A stretch of 64,000 bases of DNA from NCBI GenBank assembly GCA_047495785.1, contig JBLDXI010000003.1, positions 930,001 through 994,000 of the forward strand, read 5' to 3'. The notes below the pieces were generated by a model. It saw only the letters and a program-made list of their open reading frames with translations. It made no database searches and had not been told where the DNA came from. Origin of the DNA: Lepidodermella squamata (taxonomy: Eukaryota; Animalia; Gastrotricha). Positions 38,569 to 52,111 of this stretch are shown piece by piece. Each line of letters starts with the position of its first letter. Position 1 is the stretch's first letter. The position numbers and the translations under genes are program-made.

Positions 38569-41500
38569 TTAGCGAACCGTGTTCGTGCAAGAGGCGGTGT
38601 CTATGTAAATTTGGTACGGGAAGGTATCAGCTGCACCTATCGCTTTAAGCTGGAAAAGACTCAAGGGTTTTTATAATTCCATACAGCGAAATTTCTCACC
38701 GGTGTTCCACTCGAGCAGCCAGTTCGATCCGAGACGCATTTTGCCGTCAGATCTGAGTTTGCAGTGAAGCCAGTTCCGTCGTAGCAGAAGTAGTAGTAAA
38801 TCTGGGTTTCGCAGACCGAGCGAGTCCAAGAGAATCCTGTCGGGCTCTATGAAGCATTCAATGATATCAGAAATTTAAAAGTGATCGTAATCTGTTTTGC
38901 AGCATGCTAACTTCGAGATTAAGCGCGCTCACCCTTGCTTCAACGCCAGCTTTGCAATTGCCGCTGTTGTACGTAACAGGGCGGCACATGGAATACAGAA
39001 AAGTCGTAGTTGACGAGCAACGACCCCAAGTTAACTAAAATAAGGAGAGAGTTTGTAAATTCCCTGTTAATAGACATAAAATCAACTCCAACAGCATTTT
39101 GGGCAGTTTGGCAATCGGTTGTCGAGGCGTAGGATGCAGGATCTGCCGGTAACTGGGAAATCAGTGAGACGGTGAAGACTTTAATATAAGAAAATAAATT
39201 GTTATACCCTTGAGATAGTCGCAGCTGAACCGCAGCCGTTGAAATCGTTGACACAAATGAAAATGTTAGCAGCATCATCGTAACAGGAATAGTATCGCTA
39301 TCACACACCGAATACAAATAGTTTTACAAGCAGCAGAAAATACGCGAAGAAAGTAAGAGGGAGTCTATAAGGTTTGGCGATAGCTAATCTTATAGCATTT
39401 AAAAGTTATATATATATATATATACTATCATGAATAAGCTAAGAACTGCGAGATTGGTGGATGAACATTGAACAAATCCGGAAAAAGAAAATTTACCCGG
39501 GCCAAACGCCGAAAATTACCGAATATAAAATCATGTCTTTCATTATTTGTTGGGGAAATAAAGAACAAATTTTCGAGCGCGGAAGAAAACATCTTTGAAC
39601 TATCATGTTAACAAAATTCTTACCGCATAGCTGTCACAAGCTGATTTTGAGGTGAATGTCGTAGTCGTCTGGTCGGATGGTAACTGAGACGAAATGGGAT
39701 TTTCTAATAAGATGGTGAAATAGGAGAAAGAATGTTCCGAACCGGAGATTCACCGCTAGCACAGTCTGCTCCCCAGGGTGCGCAATATCGTGCCCCGCCC
39801 GCCCCTGTTTGTACGCAGCGTTTCCACTTGTTGTAAGCTGTTAGCGCAGCCTGGCAAGCTGTATAGTCCGCAGGAGCGGCGTCCAACGATGCCTTGCAAG
39901 CAACATTATTTCATGAGTTCAATTGAACATTAGAGTCTTGAAGCTTATTGAAAATGTACCGTTATATCAGTGCCAGTACATGTCGCAACACAAGACATTG
40001 TGTTCGAATTTCGGTAGTAACAGAGCTTGTTGCCATTATTTCCACCCTGAGCAAATATAAGCAAGTTGAAAGCGATTTTCTACTACATATTGCCCATTTA
40101 CTGACCGAATAAGTTTGACAGCTACTCTTTCCGGTTGCTCCTGTGAAAGGAGTCGATGGGTTCTAAAGCATGACGTCGAATAATGTTTTCTATTTGTTCT
40201 ATTTTTATCAGATCCTTACTCTAGCTCCGCCGGTGACGCAGGCAGCTCCGTCTAGTATTCATTGCTAAGCGTAAAAATCAAGTCGTGACACTACTTGAGG
40301 TAAATTACCCGGTCGGCATTTGGCGACACCGCTTTCGACGCAACGATAGTAGGTGGTCTGAACAAATTAGTGAATCTGTAGTGCGTCTTTTGAGGAAATA
40401 TATTTAGTTACTATTGCTGTTCCAGCATTGGTACAAGACGTCAGATCGTTCAGCCATTTATTCCCAGAGGGTAGCTACGGGAAAACCATGATTTCAATCT
40501 TGAATCAATCTAAAACTGAAACTGACCTGAAGTTGGACATCCGTAGTAGTTGCGCAGCCAACTGTGTCGTAGCGGCATTCAAAAGCATTGGCTGAGTAGA
40601 CGTAGCACGAGATGTATTGAACAGCACTTTGGCAATTAGCCAACGAAGTTCCGAAATCTGCTGTTGGATCAGCTGTTTCTCCAGTTATTCCCGTCGGGTT
40701 GCAAGATGTTGGGCGGCATGTCGCTATGTTGGCTTTCAAACATCTCGTTATAACCTAATAGAATCACAGTTTTCGGAGGTTCAAGGTTCAAGGGGTTTAT
40801 ATTCTTACCAATGCGGCACTCGCGGTCTGGCATGTGGTCAGGGTGTCGTAACCAGTAGTTCCAGTGCCCAGCTATTAACAAGGATTCAGCGCATGAAATT
40901 GAAACGTTTTTACCAATCTATACCTTGACAGGACAGTTATCTGTTGTAGTTAAAGCGCTGGGTATACAGCTCCAATAATTGGTCGCAGGTACGTAGCATA
41001 GCAGATAATACTGAAATGAAAAAAATAACCACGAAGGGTAGGTAGTAGATGCTAATCGTGAACTCACATCCCAAGCTAGGCACTGATCTGCAGTTTGAAA
41101 CGTGGTTGTTGGCCGTTGAGTCTCAGAACCTTGACAAGTGCCTTCTGGATTTGGGCGACATCGGGCTGTCGTGCCATCAAGACAACGTCGCCACGCGGGC
41201 TGCATAAGGGGTAATAAGAAACATTATGCTTTCAATGACGATGACAGCTCAGCCTACGTCAGTATAAGCTGCGCAAGATGCTGCAGTAGCAAAAACTCCT
41301 GTTGAGTCAGAAGAAGGTACTTGAATGAAGTTTGCTGTATCACCACATGCGGCATTATCATCTGTGGAGCAGGTGATATCAGTGTCCGCAGCAGGTTTCG
41401 TTGCTGTTGAAGTCGATAGGTAGCACCGTCGTTTTGGCTAGTGAATTTTAGTTAGAATTATTTGAGAATTATGACATCGACTTACAGCGTAACCTGTGCA

Positions 41501-44500
41501 GTCGGAGTAGGATGCGAATTGAAAGCTTGTTGGGCTGGGTCGCTTTATTAAAAAATAATCGAAGATCAAGACGGAAAAACAAAGACGAGATCCTCACGCT
41601 TGAGTAACCAGTCAATCCTGTCGAACAGTCTGTTAGGGGATCATTTGACCCCGATTGATACGGCCGGCAGACAATGGTTGCGGAGACTTTCACGCATCTT
41701 TGCCAAAGAGGCTACGATTGAGCCAGATATAAAACTGAAGTGCGAAATTGAATGGAAACTCACCACAAAATCACTAGACGGGCACGTGGTGAAGTAAACA
41801 TTGTAAGGTATCTGTAATGAGATTTTCACTGATTTTCACGGCTCGGCTTAAATTATTCATCATACATTCTTCAATGGACTCGCGCATTTGTCGTAGTCAT
41901 TGGCGCAAGTAAAGCCAGCCCCTTCAGTGGCAGTGGTCGATGTGGATGTGTCGTAGCATGCTAGAAGGGCAGTATAGGCGTCACACAAGGCGAAAGTCGA
42001 GAAATCAGTTGGTCCGTAAGATCCCTTGAAAAACTTGTTGAAAGACCAGAAGAAGTCTTGATTTCAACTTACGACGACTTCAGTGCTCGGGCAAGTAGTC
42101 TGGGCACCAGTATAGTAAGGCCGGCAATATTTTCCCTTATTGGCATCCGGCGAGTACCGAACACAACGCAGCCATTTGGGCTGCGAAAATCCCATTACAA
42201 TTTCATCTATAAATTAGACATGCCTAATTACCGGAATCCAAGCCGAGCATTGCGAAGTGCTTGTAAAGAAAACATCGTGAGGGAGCTATAAAATGTAAAC
42301 ATGATCCAAATGTATAGGATAAGGTTGTCTCAACCCGTATTGTGTTAGCCGGGCAACCACGTTGAGTATCGGCGATGCATTGAATCGTTGATGGATTCGT
42401 CGTAGTCGTACTAAAACAGCCGTAGTAAGCTGTAAAAGCTTCACACTGGGCCTTCGACGAGAATAGGTAAGGATTGATGCCGTAGGTCGTTGAATCAGAT
42501 AAAGATGGGAACTGGTCCTCGTTACTCAGGCATCCAGCCTCAACTGGTCGACTGCAGAATCCGTTGATGATTGAATTATATAATGATGGAAAACATCTTA
42601 CCAAGTAGCTCTTGGGAAGTCAGTTGCGCCACTTTTTCTTAGACACCTTATCCATGAAGCCGGGGTGTAGGGTGCGCATGCTGTACCAACTGCTGGATTT
42701 ATATTTTCTGATCCGTCTTTTTGTAGAGGGATTCTAGGAATAGGGCTAGAGCCCGATGGATAGGTACATAGATAGTCAGCAACGCATGAGTATGATTCAG
42801 TAGATCCGAATTCGTAGCAGTAAACGCGAGCCTGGTAGGCCGTACAAGCCGCTAGGCTGAAAGCTGTCCCACCGAAAAGCTGAGAAGTCATTTCTCGGTT
42901 AACTAAAGATGCGATTCTTTGGAATTAACTCACTGTAGTTTGGGCTATGTTTGAGGCATCTGAGCATCCAACAGCTGTCACCCGGCAATGAACGGTAGCA
43001 CTGAGGCCCGGATTGTTTAAGCATCGGGACCAAGTAACCGAAGTATCAGCCTCACAAGTGGCTTTTGTATCAGCTAAAACGTTGCCCTTGAAATTTTTCT
43101 GACTAAGACAAGTAGCGTCAAAAGTCGCATCATTATCGGGAAGACAAGTCCTCGCGTTTGGCGTTGATTTGTAGTAGCAATAATGGACAATCTAGGGTAA
43201 TGTTCAGCTTGAGGTAACTTTGAAAAATCGCAAGCCTTACGTATTTATTCGATTCACAGTCCGCTAAAATTGGGTAGGGCACTGTGCTAGGCGACGTGTT
43301 AAGCTGTCCCAACATTTCTTGGTTTGAATAGCTTTCAAAAAAAAGAAAGGTGCTGTCTTACCAAAGTGCTAGTGGTAGTAGGCGAGGCGCTGCAAGATCC
43401 TCCAGGACTTGCCACATCGCGTAGTGGACGGCAGATTACGAGAGTATCACTCATTCGACAACGCACGTGGTTCAGCTAATAAGAAATTTATGTTTCAGCT
43501 TTAATAAATGTTAATAAGGTCTTTTTATTGTTTAAGCTGGAACCTACACTGAACCCTTATTCCAACCGTCTACCTTTTAGTTTTTGCAGTCAAGGTTGAG
43601 TCTAGTCAAATCAACCCGAGTTTACCTTATTGCTAGTGTCGTAAATCAGGTTCGCATTTCCAGTTGTACATCGCGACGCGGCTGCCACTTTAGTAGAATA
43701 TCCAACATACCCAGCGAGCTGTAAACAATTGAAATTTGAATCAAACAGAACATTGATTCAGATCATGCCTACCTCGTAATCAGTGGAGAGGCAACCACCA
43801 TCCAAATCCGTCGGACACTTGAGGGTATAGCTACTAGCTGTGTTGGAGTAGCAAACCTTGGTGTACTGAAAATTTTTGGTGACGTTCAAATCCTTTTCTC
43901 GAAAATGCATTGAAAAACTTGCGTAAAGATTGTTTAGGCAAGCTGTTCGCGAGCTGTACGATGCTGCTACCACTGTCAACTGTGGGAAACCAATAGTAAG
44001 AGCTGAGTGCTATACGGAAAATGTTGTACCAGTGTTTCGACTGGTGAACCCGGAGCCGCAATGCAGGTTGACCCACCAGATATCGATTGCGGACGGCTGC
44101 AAAATGGCTTAAAGATTGAGGTTCAGAAGAATGATGTAAAACCACTCACCAAATGATAATCTGCGCTCCCGTCGCGATATCGCCAGTTGGCCCGGATCCA
44201 CATCGGATGTGCACGAGCTAAAATTTAAATTTGATACTCCGCCGCTTAACGCTTCATAGAGCTACATACCGCTTCTCCGGCTGTTGTCACCGCAAGTGAA
44301 GGTGTAGAGGTGAAGTAATAGTTATTGGCCTGATTTTGTAGCGTAGAATCCAAAGCACTGCCAAAGAAATGTTGACTGATTTGAAAGGCTCCTGTGGGAC
44401 ATCCGGCTGTGAAATCTGTCGCATAGGCCACGGTCGAGAAAAAAGGGTCATTGGTTGTCGTAGAAGGGGTGTAACATGCTTTCACAGCCTTCAGAACTCA

Positions 44501-46194
44501 GGAATGTTAGGATAAGAGGCCCTGAATTGTTGGAAGCCTTACATATCGATTATTGTTGCAATGCAGAAGTGAGACAAAAGACGCCGATGTTAAAGGAGCC
44601 GAAATACCCATCTGCAACAAAGTTAGGTAAAAAGAAGCTACGTTGTCATAAACATGATCGCTACCTCAGTCTCTCCTACAACTTTTCCCGGTGAGTTGCA
44701 ACCTGATGTCGCGATCCCCACCAGTTTTGGCCGGCAAATCACCAAGTTACTCGCCGAGACACCACATCTAACATGATTTATCTTCAAAATCGAAAACGTC
44801 ATGGTTTGTTTGATAATTTTCAAAGAAACTTACAGAGGCGGTTTGAGAGTACTTTGCAATGCACGTAGCGTCAGTTGTAGATTGTGTGGCTGTCGTTCCA
44901 ACGACATAGGTCGCTGAGAGCAAGTAACCGTTGGTCCCACATTGCCCGCTCAAAGTATCAGAAGCCGAGGTAACTGAATAGTAATTACTCCCGGAAACTT
45001 GAGTAGCGGTGTAACAAGTTCGGCAAGCGTAGTAGGCATCACAGTCTGCTTTCGACGTGAAGGGAGCAATTGGAAAAGGGCTTTCGGATGGGGTTACACA
45101 AGCAGTTGAAGATGTATCCGCTGTCAATGCTACTGCGCTTGTATCTGAGGTGTTCGAGTCAGCAAAAGTGACAGTTTCCGCCGGACGGCAAGTTGGCGAA
45201 GCGTAGCCATCAGCTGCAGTTCCAGTCACGCACCGAACATGAGTACCCGGTTCGTAGGTTGAGCAATCGCTGGGCGCTAGGGTGTTTGAGACCTGAACTT
45301 CAGTTGTAGTCGAACAGCGGATTAAATCTGAAATGCAACGGTAGGCTGAGTTTGTTTTTGAATAGCAACGAATTTGGCCGTTGAAGGCCTCGCACTGCGA
45401 TTTGTCAACCCAAACTGATGCGGTATCTACGGGTGGTTGGCGCATCTCGGTGGCTTGACAACCGATTTTCGTGCTTGACGCAGTCTGGGGCCGGCAATAT
45501 CGGCCAGTCGAGTTTAGACAGCGATAAACTGGTTTCTGAGGAAATCTCAATTACACGATGATATTAAGATGATAAAATTCACTTACAGCGATATAAGCCA
45601 AACAATTTGCTACTGACGTGAAATATGTGTCCGCATCAGGGTATCGATAATCCGACCCTGAAGTACTAAGACAACCAGGAATATCGCTTTTACACTGAAA
45701 ATCGGTGAGCATTGCGACGAAAATTAATATGAAAAATGAATACTCACTGTGTAGGCATTGCTCAGCGAGTTGTAGCACATTACGTAAGATGTGTAGTTGT
45801 TACATTCGATGAGAGTGCCCCAAGTTACGTCCGATGGTTTCTAAATAAGCAACTTTTCATAAATGCATTTATTAATTGAATACTACTCTTGTTTCGCCAG
45901 CAATGCAGCCAGTTGTCCGGCAGATTCGAACGCTGTTAGCGTCACATCGATAATATGGCCCCTGCGAGTGTTCCATTGAGAAATGGGTATTAAATAATTT
46001 AGACAAGCTCAAACCGGTGGAGGGGCCAGGTTTATTTTGTCGAGATCAGGGATAGCATTGTCAAGATTGCCCGGAGAGCATGCCTCGATCACGGCCACAA
46101 TGGCTATAATATTTCAAATCAAACGTTGTCAGGTACCTTGGATTTTCAACTAACCTAGAAGTGAGACTAAAATTGATAGTTCCCTCTTGAACAT
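38569..46194 (-). CDS. Very large secreted Cys/Thr/Ser-rich repeat protein, dozens of short exons
   Basis: Signal MFKRELSILVSLL|AIVAVIEA; recurring RC..CRP..C..P..C..Y..CY..C..D..GC units in many minus-strand ORF fragments separated by ~45-55 bp introns; stop at 38569. Confidence 0.75.
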
Positions 46195-46840
46195 TTGCGC
46201 AATTTTTGCGAAATGAGTGATTTTATTGTGGGCGCTTGGCCGCTCATGAAAAGCGCGTAAACATGCTGTTTTTAGTTGTGATGAGCATATGAGACCATTA
46301 TGTTAACCCGAGACCCATGTTTGTCTAATTGACAAGAGCGTCTCAACATGCGAGAGAGACTCGCCATCCAACTATTTTTGACGAGTAGCATCGCGGTAAT
46401 TATTAAGTTAACTACAAAATTGCGCAACAATGTGATATAATCGAGCTACATGCATCAAACAAACACCATTTGAGGTTGAGATGATGGACTCCTGAGCATT
46501 GGGCATTGGGGTTTGAGGCTACGTTTTCATTCAAGGCCATGATATAATAAACCTGTATCACCTTGAAATCGGTCGTTTTAGCTCGAAGTTCCAAGTCAAC
46601 AGGACCTCGAAAAAATAACGTCAAAGTTTATTGCTGCTTACTCCGATGAAACCTCCATGTTATGAACAACGCCCTAAACTTTGCTAGCAGCTTATATTTA
46701 TTGTTTTCTTCGGTCTGGTAGGTATAGCTCATCAAAAATCAATTACTCTACTGAATATATTGCGCTTGCTTACAGTATAGTCCTGGTTAAGCCTCAAAAA
46801 ATACTCAGATTATGATTAGATCATGGGCCGTTAAAAGCGC

Positions 46841-47155
46841 TCAAAAATTCGGCGATGACTTGACGCAGGTCTTGGATGATTTGAAGTCGCACCTAAGACC
46901 AGCTCCACACTCTGTTGTGATGCGGGTGCCAAGGATCAACAGATGAGCGCATGACTCGCCTTCTTCCATTTGGCGGATGCAACCTGGGCAGCAGCCGCAG
47001 TAACCGCCCTTCGGATCGAGACGATGGCCTTCAGGGCAACCATTCCTCATAATGTCGAAACCACACTCCGTAGTCACGCAAGCATTAGGTGGGCAAACCA
47101 TAGCCGCCGAGACGCCGAGAATCGCCAACAAAGCTGCGAAGATCTTCAAATGCAT
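46841..47155 (-). CDS. Secreted single-domain IGFBP-N-like / fungal-protease-inhibitor-like Cys-rich protein
   Basis: Signal peptide; GGYCGCCPGC...EGESC...CGAGLRC; TATA box at ~47231. Confidence 0.85.
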   Translation of the reverse strand: MHLKIFAALLAILGVSAAMVCPPNACVTTECGFDIMRNGCPEGHRLDPKGGYCGCCPGCIRQMEEGESCAHLLILGTRITTECGAGLRCDFKSSKTCVKSSPNF

Positions 47156-47863
47156 GGCTGTTATTACAGTGCTAATCGTTCAGTTTAAAAATGCTTAGTA
47201 CCTGAGGTGGGGCGAATAAACTATCAGCCTTTTATAGGCTGCAATTCGGTAGGCTGAGGGCGTGGTTCGTTAATTAGGGTTTTTTCCCAGGCGCCCTAGT
47301 GCCAACTTTGCATCACCTGTTGATAAAATGAATTCGCGACACCACAGGGCTCTTTGTGGTTGACAAGGTATTTGACTGACATTTAAAATCTAACCTACAT
47401 CCCAGATACCTGCTGTTCCTGTTTGTTCACACTCCAACGGCATAATAACCGCTAAGTCGATAACAGCCTTTTACGCTCGTCCATTTTTAATTATTCTAAG
47501 GTATATTCGCATTGATCAAGACATTCAAGGGAGTGTAAAAGATATGTAATAATTAGTAATCGAGATTAAATTTCTCATCATTATTTTTTTATGCGTGCTT
47601 TTATTCGGAAATCTGAGCTAACGGACCAAGCACCACCAAATTATCCAAAAAACATTTTTTTGAGTTTCCCCTCGCCAGAATTTCTATTTTTTAGTACGAT
47701 TCCTATCCGATAGATCTCACTTTCTCGGTCATTTTGCGATCTCAGCCGTCGCTGCATGACATCAAGGATTAGGGCGCACCATCGATTTAAAGTTACCGCC
47801 AAAATATGTTCTCTCACGCAACTCAACGTTATGCGATTCCAATGCCTTTCAATTGATAGGATA

Positions 47864-48044
47864 CCGTATTTGTTCTAATAAAAGCTCATTCACTAATAAT
47901 CGCCCATCCCTAATAGTAGCCCAGGGCTGAGGTGTCAAGTCGGTTCGAAAACTTGAAAAATGAACGATTCAACAAAAATTATTTTTTGAATTTTCCAAAA
48001 TTTCGAGGTTGAAATAGCCCGGGCTGCCATAGGAACAAATACGG
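47864..48044. mobile_element. Tc1/mariner (pogo-like) MITE
   Basis: TA-CCGTATTTGTTC ... GAACAAATACGG-TA. Confidence 0.85.
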
Positions 48045-48227
48045 TATACATATTTTCTGGCGCTGTACTCCAGGAGAAAGCTGCTTGTTGCAGGCTCAAG
48101 TCTACGATGCTTCAAAGTTACACGCTTTCGCGATCAAACGCGTAAAATCAAACGCGAGCCCATTAAATATCGAACGCATGAAAAATAAATTATTTTCTAG
48201 ATTTATTTCACGTGATGATTCAAGTTC

Positions 48228-49134
48228 TTAGCAGGTAACAGTTGGCTTGCGGATGAAGTTGCCAAGAGGGTCGCATTCCTGTTGGATGCAGTTCTTGCCA
48301 AGTTGGACAATGTCGGTGTTGCTACGAGCGCATTCTAAACAAAGTAAAATTGTGAGAATTTGTATAATTTGAAGCTAAGATTAAAACTCACCGCAGGACA
48401 TTTGCATGGCTTGGCTGACATGAGCAGCGTAGCCTTCGATGGGCTCGCCATTGCGATCGACGCAGGAGCAGGCGCCCTCGTGGCACTGGCGGGCCTTGTA
48501 GTTCCCGAGGGCATCGCACTGACGCTTGCGGGCTCCCAACATGTGGGTGGTTTCCTTCTCAGCCTTATCGCGGGCACATTCTGAACCAACAAAATCCTGA
48601 ACAATTCGGAAGAACACGCAATTAAAGCTTACGGCAGCCCATCTCCTTGAAATGGCCGATGTTAGCCTCGAAGCCTGGGATTGGGGTTCCATCCTTCTGG
48701 ACGCATTGGCAAACAGATTCGCGGCACTGCTTCGGGGCGAAGAATCCTTCCTCGTCACAAACTGGAGTCGGAGCACCCATCAAAGGGCCCATCGATTCGA
48801 TATCTTGCATGAGCTTGTGGCAAGGTTTAAGTGTTGACTTGACGCAAGTCTTAGTCGATTCAGCGTCGCATTCAAGACCAGCTCCGCACTCTGAGTCGAC
48901 GCTGGTACCAAGGAGCAACAGGTGAGCGCAAGACTCGCCTTCTTCCATCTGGCGGATGCAACCAGGGCAGCAGCCGCAGTAACCACCATTCATGTCGAGG
49001 CGATAGCCTGCAGGGCAGCCCTTCTCGAAGTCAAAGCCACACCTCAGAGCCGCGCAAGCATTAGGTGGACAAACCACCATAGCTGCCGAGACACCGAGAA
49101 TCGCTGAAATAATGGCCAAGGTCTTTCCGATCAT
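48228..49134 (-). CDS. Secreted IGFBP-N-like + thyroglobulin type-1 repeat protein (thyropin-like), 3 exons
   Basis: Same N-domain as 46841, then PVCDEEGFFAPKQC..CQCV..G and QCDALGNYKARQC..CSCVD.NG; degenerate third repeat. Confidence 0.9.
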
Positions 49135-49934
49135 TCTCGCAGAAAGTTGGTTATTTTATGAGTGGGATGAAAGTATGTTATGGACGAATCCTGCGACGGC
49201 TTTTATAGGCCTCTAGTCCATTAGTGAACAAAAAACTTGTTTTGACTGCATTATTGGCGTGGGAACGAGTCAGGTATTTTTCCACACATATTATAACCAA
49301 GTAGATAACATGTTTTCATGACACCCCACCCGCCCAGTGATTATAATGGAAACTCGATTACCTAGATCAAGACAGGTCTCAGATTAATTTTTGATGATTC
49401 AGGATCAAAGAGCGAAGTCCGAATTTAGCTATTCGAGTAAATGTGAATGCATCAAAGATTTGAATAACGAACTAGGATTTTCTCAAATTTGTCGCCAAAT
49501 GTTCCAGTTGGGAAAAACTACTGCTATTTTGAAAGGTTGTGCGCCTTGATTATTTTCCGGAGCGTTTCGAAAGTATTAAAATAAAATGAAAAATTGAACA
49601 AGTTGACTCTTTGATGACAGCACATAATTCATGATAAACCTTTTTCATCGAGGCCATTCAGAATGAGAAACGGCGACCTTTTCGCACTTTTCAGATTCCT
49701 CCTATTCAAAAAGAAATGAGTCAGAGCGCTTTTTCTTAATTCTCCTACCGTTAAGAGAAGACGTCTGTTTTGAAGTTTGAAGAAACCCTCGTGGTTTGTT
49801 AGTTCGCCTCACATCTGTTACTCGCAAAAGCACAAACAGTTGACACCTTGCTGTTTGACCTCAGCAGCAATACAGGAAGTTATCTTCACGTTATCTTATC
49901 TAGCATAGCCCGAGGGCTCGTTAAGCCAAGTGAA

Positions 49935-51113
49935 ATGACAATTTACAAAACGGGGTCATTATTTGCAGTGGCGTTGATCGCCGCTGCTTATGGCTCTTGG
50001 CCAGCAGATTGGATGGCAGCTCTACCTGAGAAGGTAGTGAACGATGTGCCCTTGGTTCAACTGTCTCTACCAGGTAGCTTATAGGAATTTCCTACAAGAT
50101 TGCGTAGTCTCAAACCATTTTGCAGGGTCCCACGATTCCTTCACCTACAACCTATCAGGGTCAATAGCCCCGCCAATCGTGATCAAATGGGCCAAGACTC
50201 AAAATTGGAATGTCACAGCGTGAGTCAATACTAAACTCCCTTAAATCCCTTTGTTGACAGACCAACTGAACTCCTCAGGCAACTCAATGGAGGGATTCGA
50301 TATTTCGACTTGAGAATCTATATGGATCATCAGGGCGTGTTCCGCTTCTGCCACGGCGATATCCACGGAGGTTTAGCAGTCTTACCCACCCTGCAACTGG
50401 TCAAAGACTTCCTAAACCAACATACGGGCGAATTCGTCATTCTCCACTTCCAAGCTTTCGAAAAAATCGACCTGAATAACCATCGCATCTTAATATCTTC
50501 TGTCGTCAACCTTTTCGGAACGATCGCTGTGGCGAGGTGTGACTACGGTGGTGTCATACAGAATGTGACTCTGGGCGATGTTCGAAGGGCAGGCCAGCGA
50601 GTTTTTCTCGTCTCCTACGACCCAATGACCGCTCAAGTTGATAAATGCACGTTTTGGAACTCAACAGCACTCACTAATCCTTACTATCCTACTACTCAAG
50701 TGGAAACCATGGCTGATACCCTGGCGAGTGAGTTACGCAATCGAACTGAAGCGGTCGACCCTCCTAATCAGTTCTTCGTTTATCAATCGGTTTGTTAGGA
50801 TTTAGCTTGATTTTCAGGATTTATACGGCTGATTTTTCAGGTTTTAACGCCGGATGCTGATTACATAATCCACCACTTAGGTGGTTCCCTCGAGAAATTA
50901 GCACTTCCGGCTACGGATTACGTTGCTAGCCAGTGGATTCCGCTGAAGGTTCGAGGCGACTGCCGAAATGCCGGCTACCTTAACATCGTTATGTGTGATT
51001 TTGTTGACAATTATGACTTCGCAACTCAAGTCGCGCTTGCCAATTGGAATTTTACGACATGCCCGCAAGAAAAAGAAGACATTCCATTCATTCACTTCGT
51101 TCCAATGGTTTGA
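49935..51113 (+). CDS. PI-PLC X-domain (PLCXD-like) protein with a predicted signal peptide, 4 exons
   Basis: LPG|SHDS, KWAKTQ, QLNGGIRYFDLR, CHG, NIVMCDFV motifs. Confidence 0.9.
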
Positions 51114-52111
51114 AATCAAATTTCGACTGAATTTTTAAAATAAAATTTTTATTGCGGTTGAAATAATTTTAATCCTTTTGCACCTTGCGTAATATTGCGC
51201 GCGCGCCCAGACGCGATAAATGACCTAATTACGGACAACGAGCGGCAAAAGTGCGCACAAGTGCTAATTATAGGCGCACTTCATACACACGCAATAACTG
51301 TCAAATAAAATGAGTGTAGCTGTTATATTGTTTATCCCCGCCCATCTTCTCGGCTGTTGTTTTAACAGCCGCAACTCACTCGGCTGTTATTATCGCGGCC
51401 CCATACGCGGTTTGAAATTCGGCCGTTTTATTGCTACTCCTCTTATTTAGACACTTGGACGGCTTTTATTACCCTAGCAAATACATAGAATTTGCTGATT
51501 TTCGCATCTACGTTAGGCCCTATTGCCAATGATGTGAGTTGAGGATTTTCCATAGCTATTTTTTATAAATTCAAGGTAATTGTTTACTTAATTTTTAATT
51601 TCAGTAGCCATTTTAAAATTGATATAGCCTGAGGTTTTTGTTATCTCTTGCTATCATGCGGCCGTATCTTTGAGGTCTGTTTCGACATGCGAGAGAGCTG
51701 TCCTCATTATTATTATTATGGCGCGTTATCTCGCCATGGTGACATGTCGCATGTAGGTCACGCGGTTGTCGAACGAGCGTAATAGCCCTGCGCCGGATGT
51801 AAAGAAAGAGGTTGTAAGACTAGAAACAGACCTTAGTCTGAGTACTTCATAACTCTAATATGATAGCAGCTAAAATTCTACTTAAGTTTTTGAAAATTAA
51901 ATACATTTTTTAAATTTTTAATCAATTGAATTATTTAAATTTATATTCGTGAACTCTGAAAAGATGAGTGTCGGGAACTCATATTCTCCCGGAAAATATG
52001 CTAATATTTGGAAATTTTAACCATTAGGCATTTGCACCTGTCTCTATTGAGGTATACTCGTATAGCCCGTGTCGTATCATTTTTTTGTCATCTTACTATG
52101 CATACTAATAA

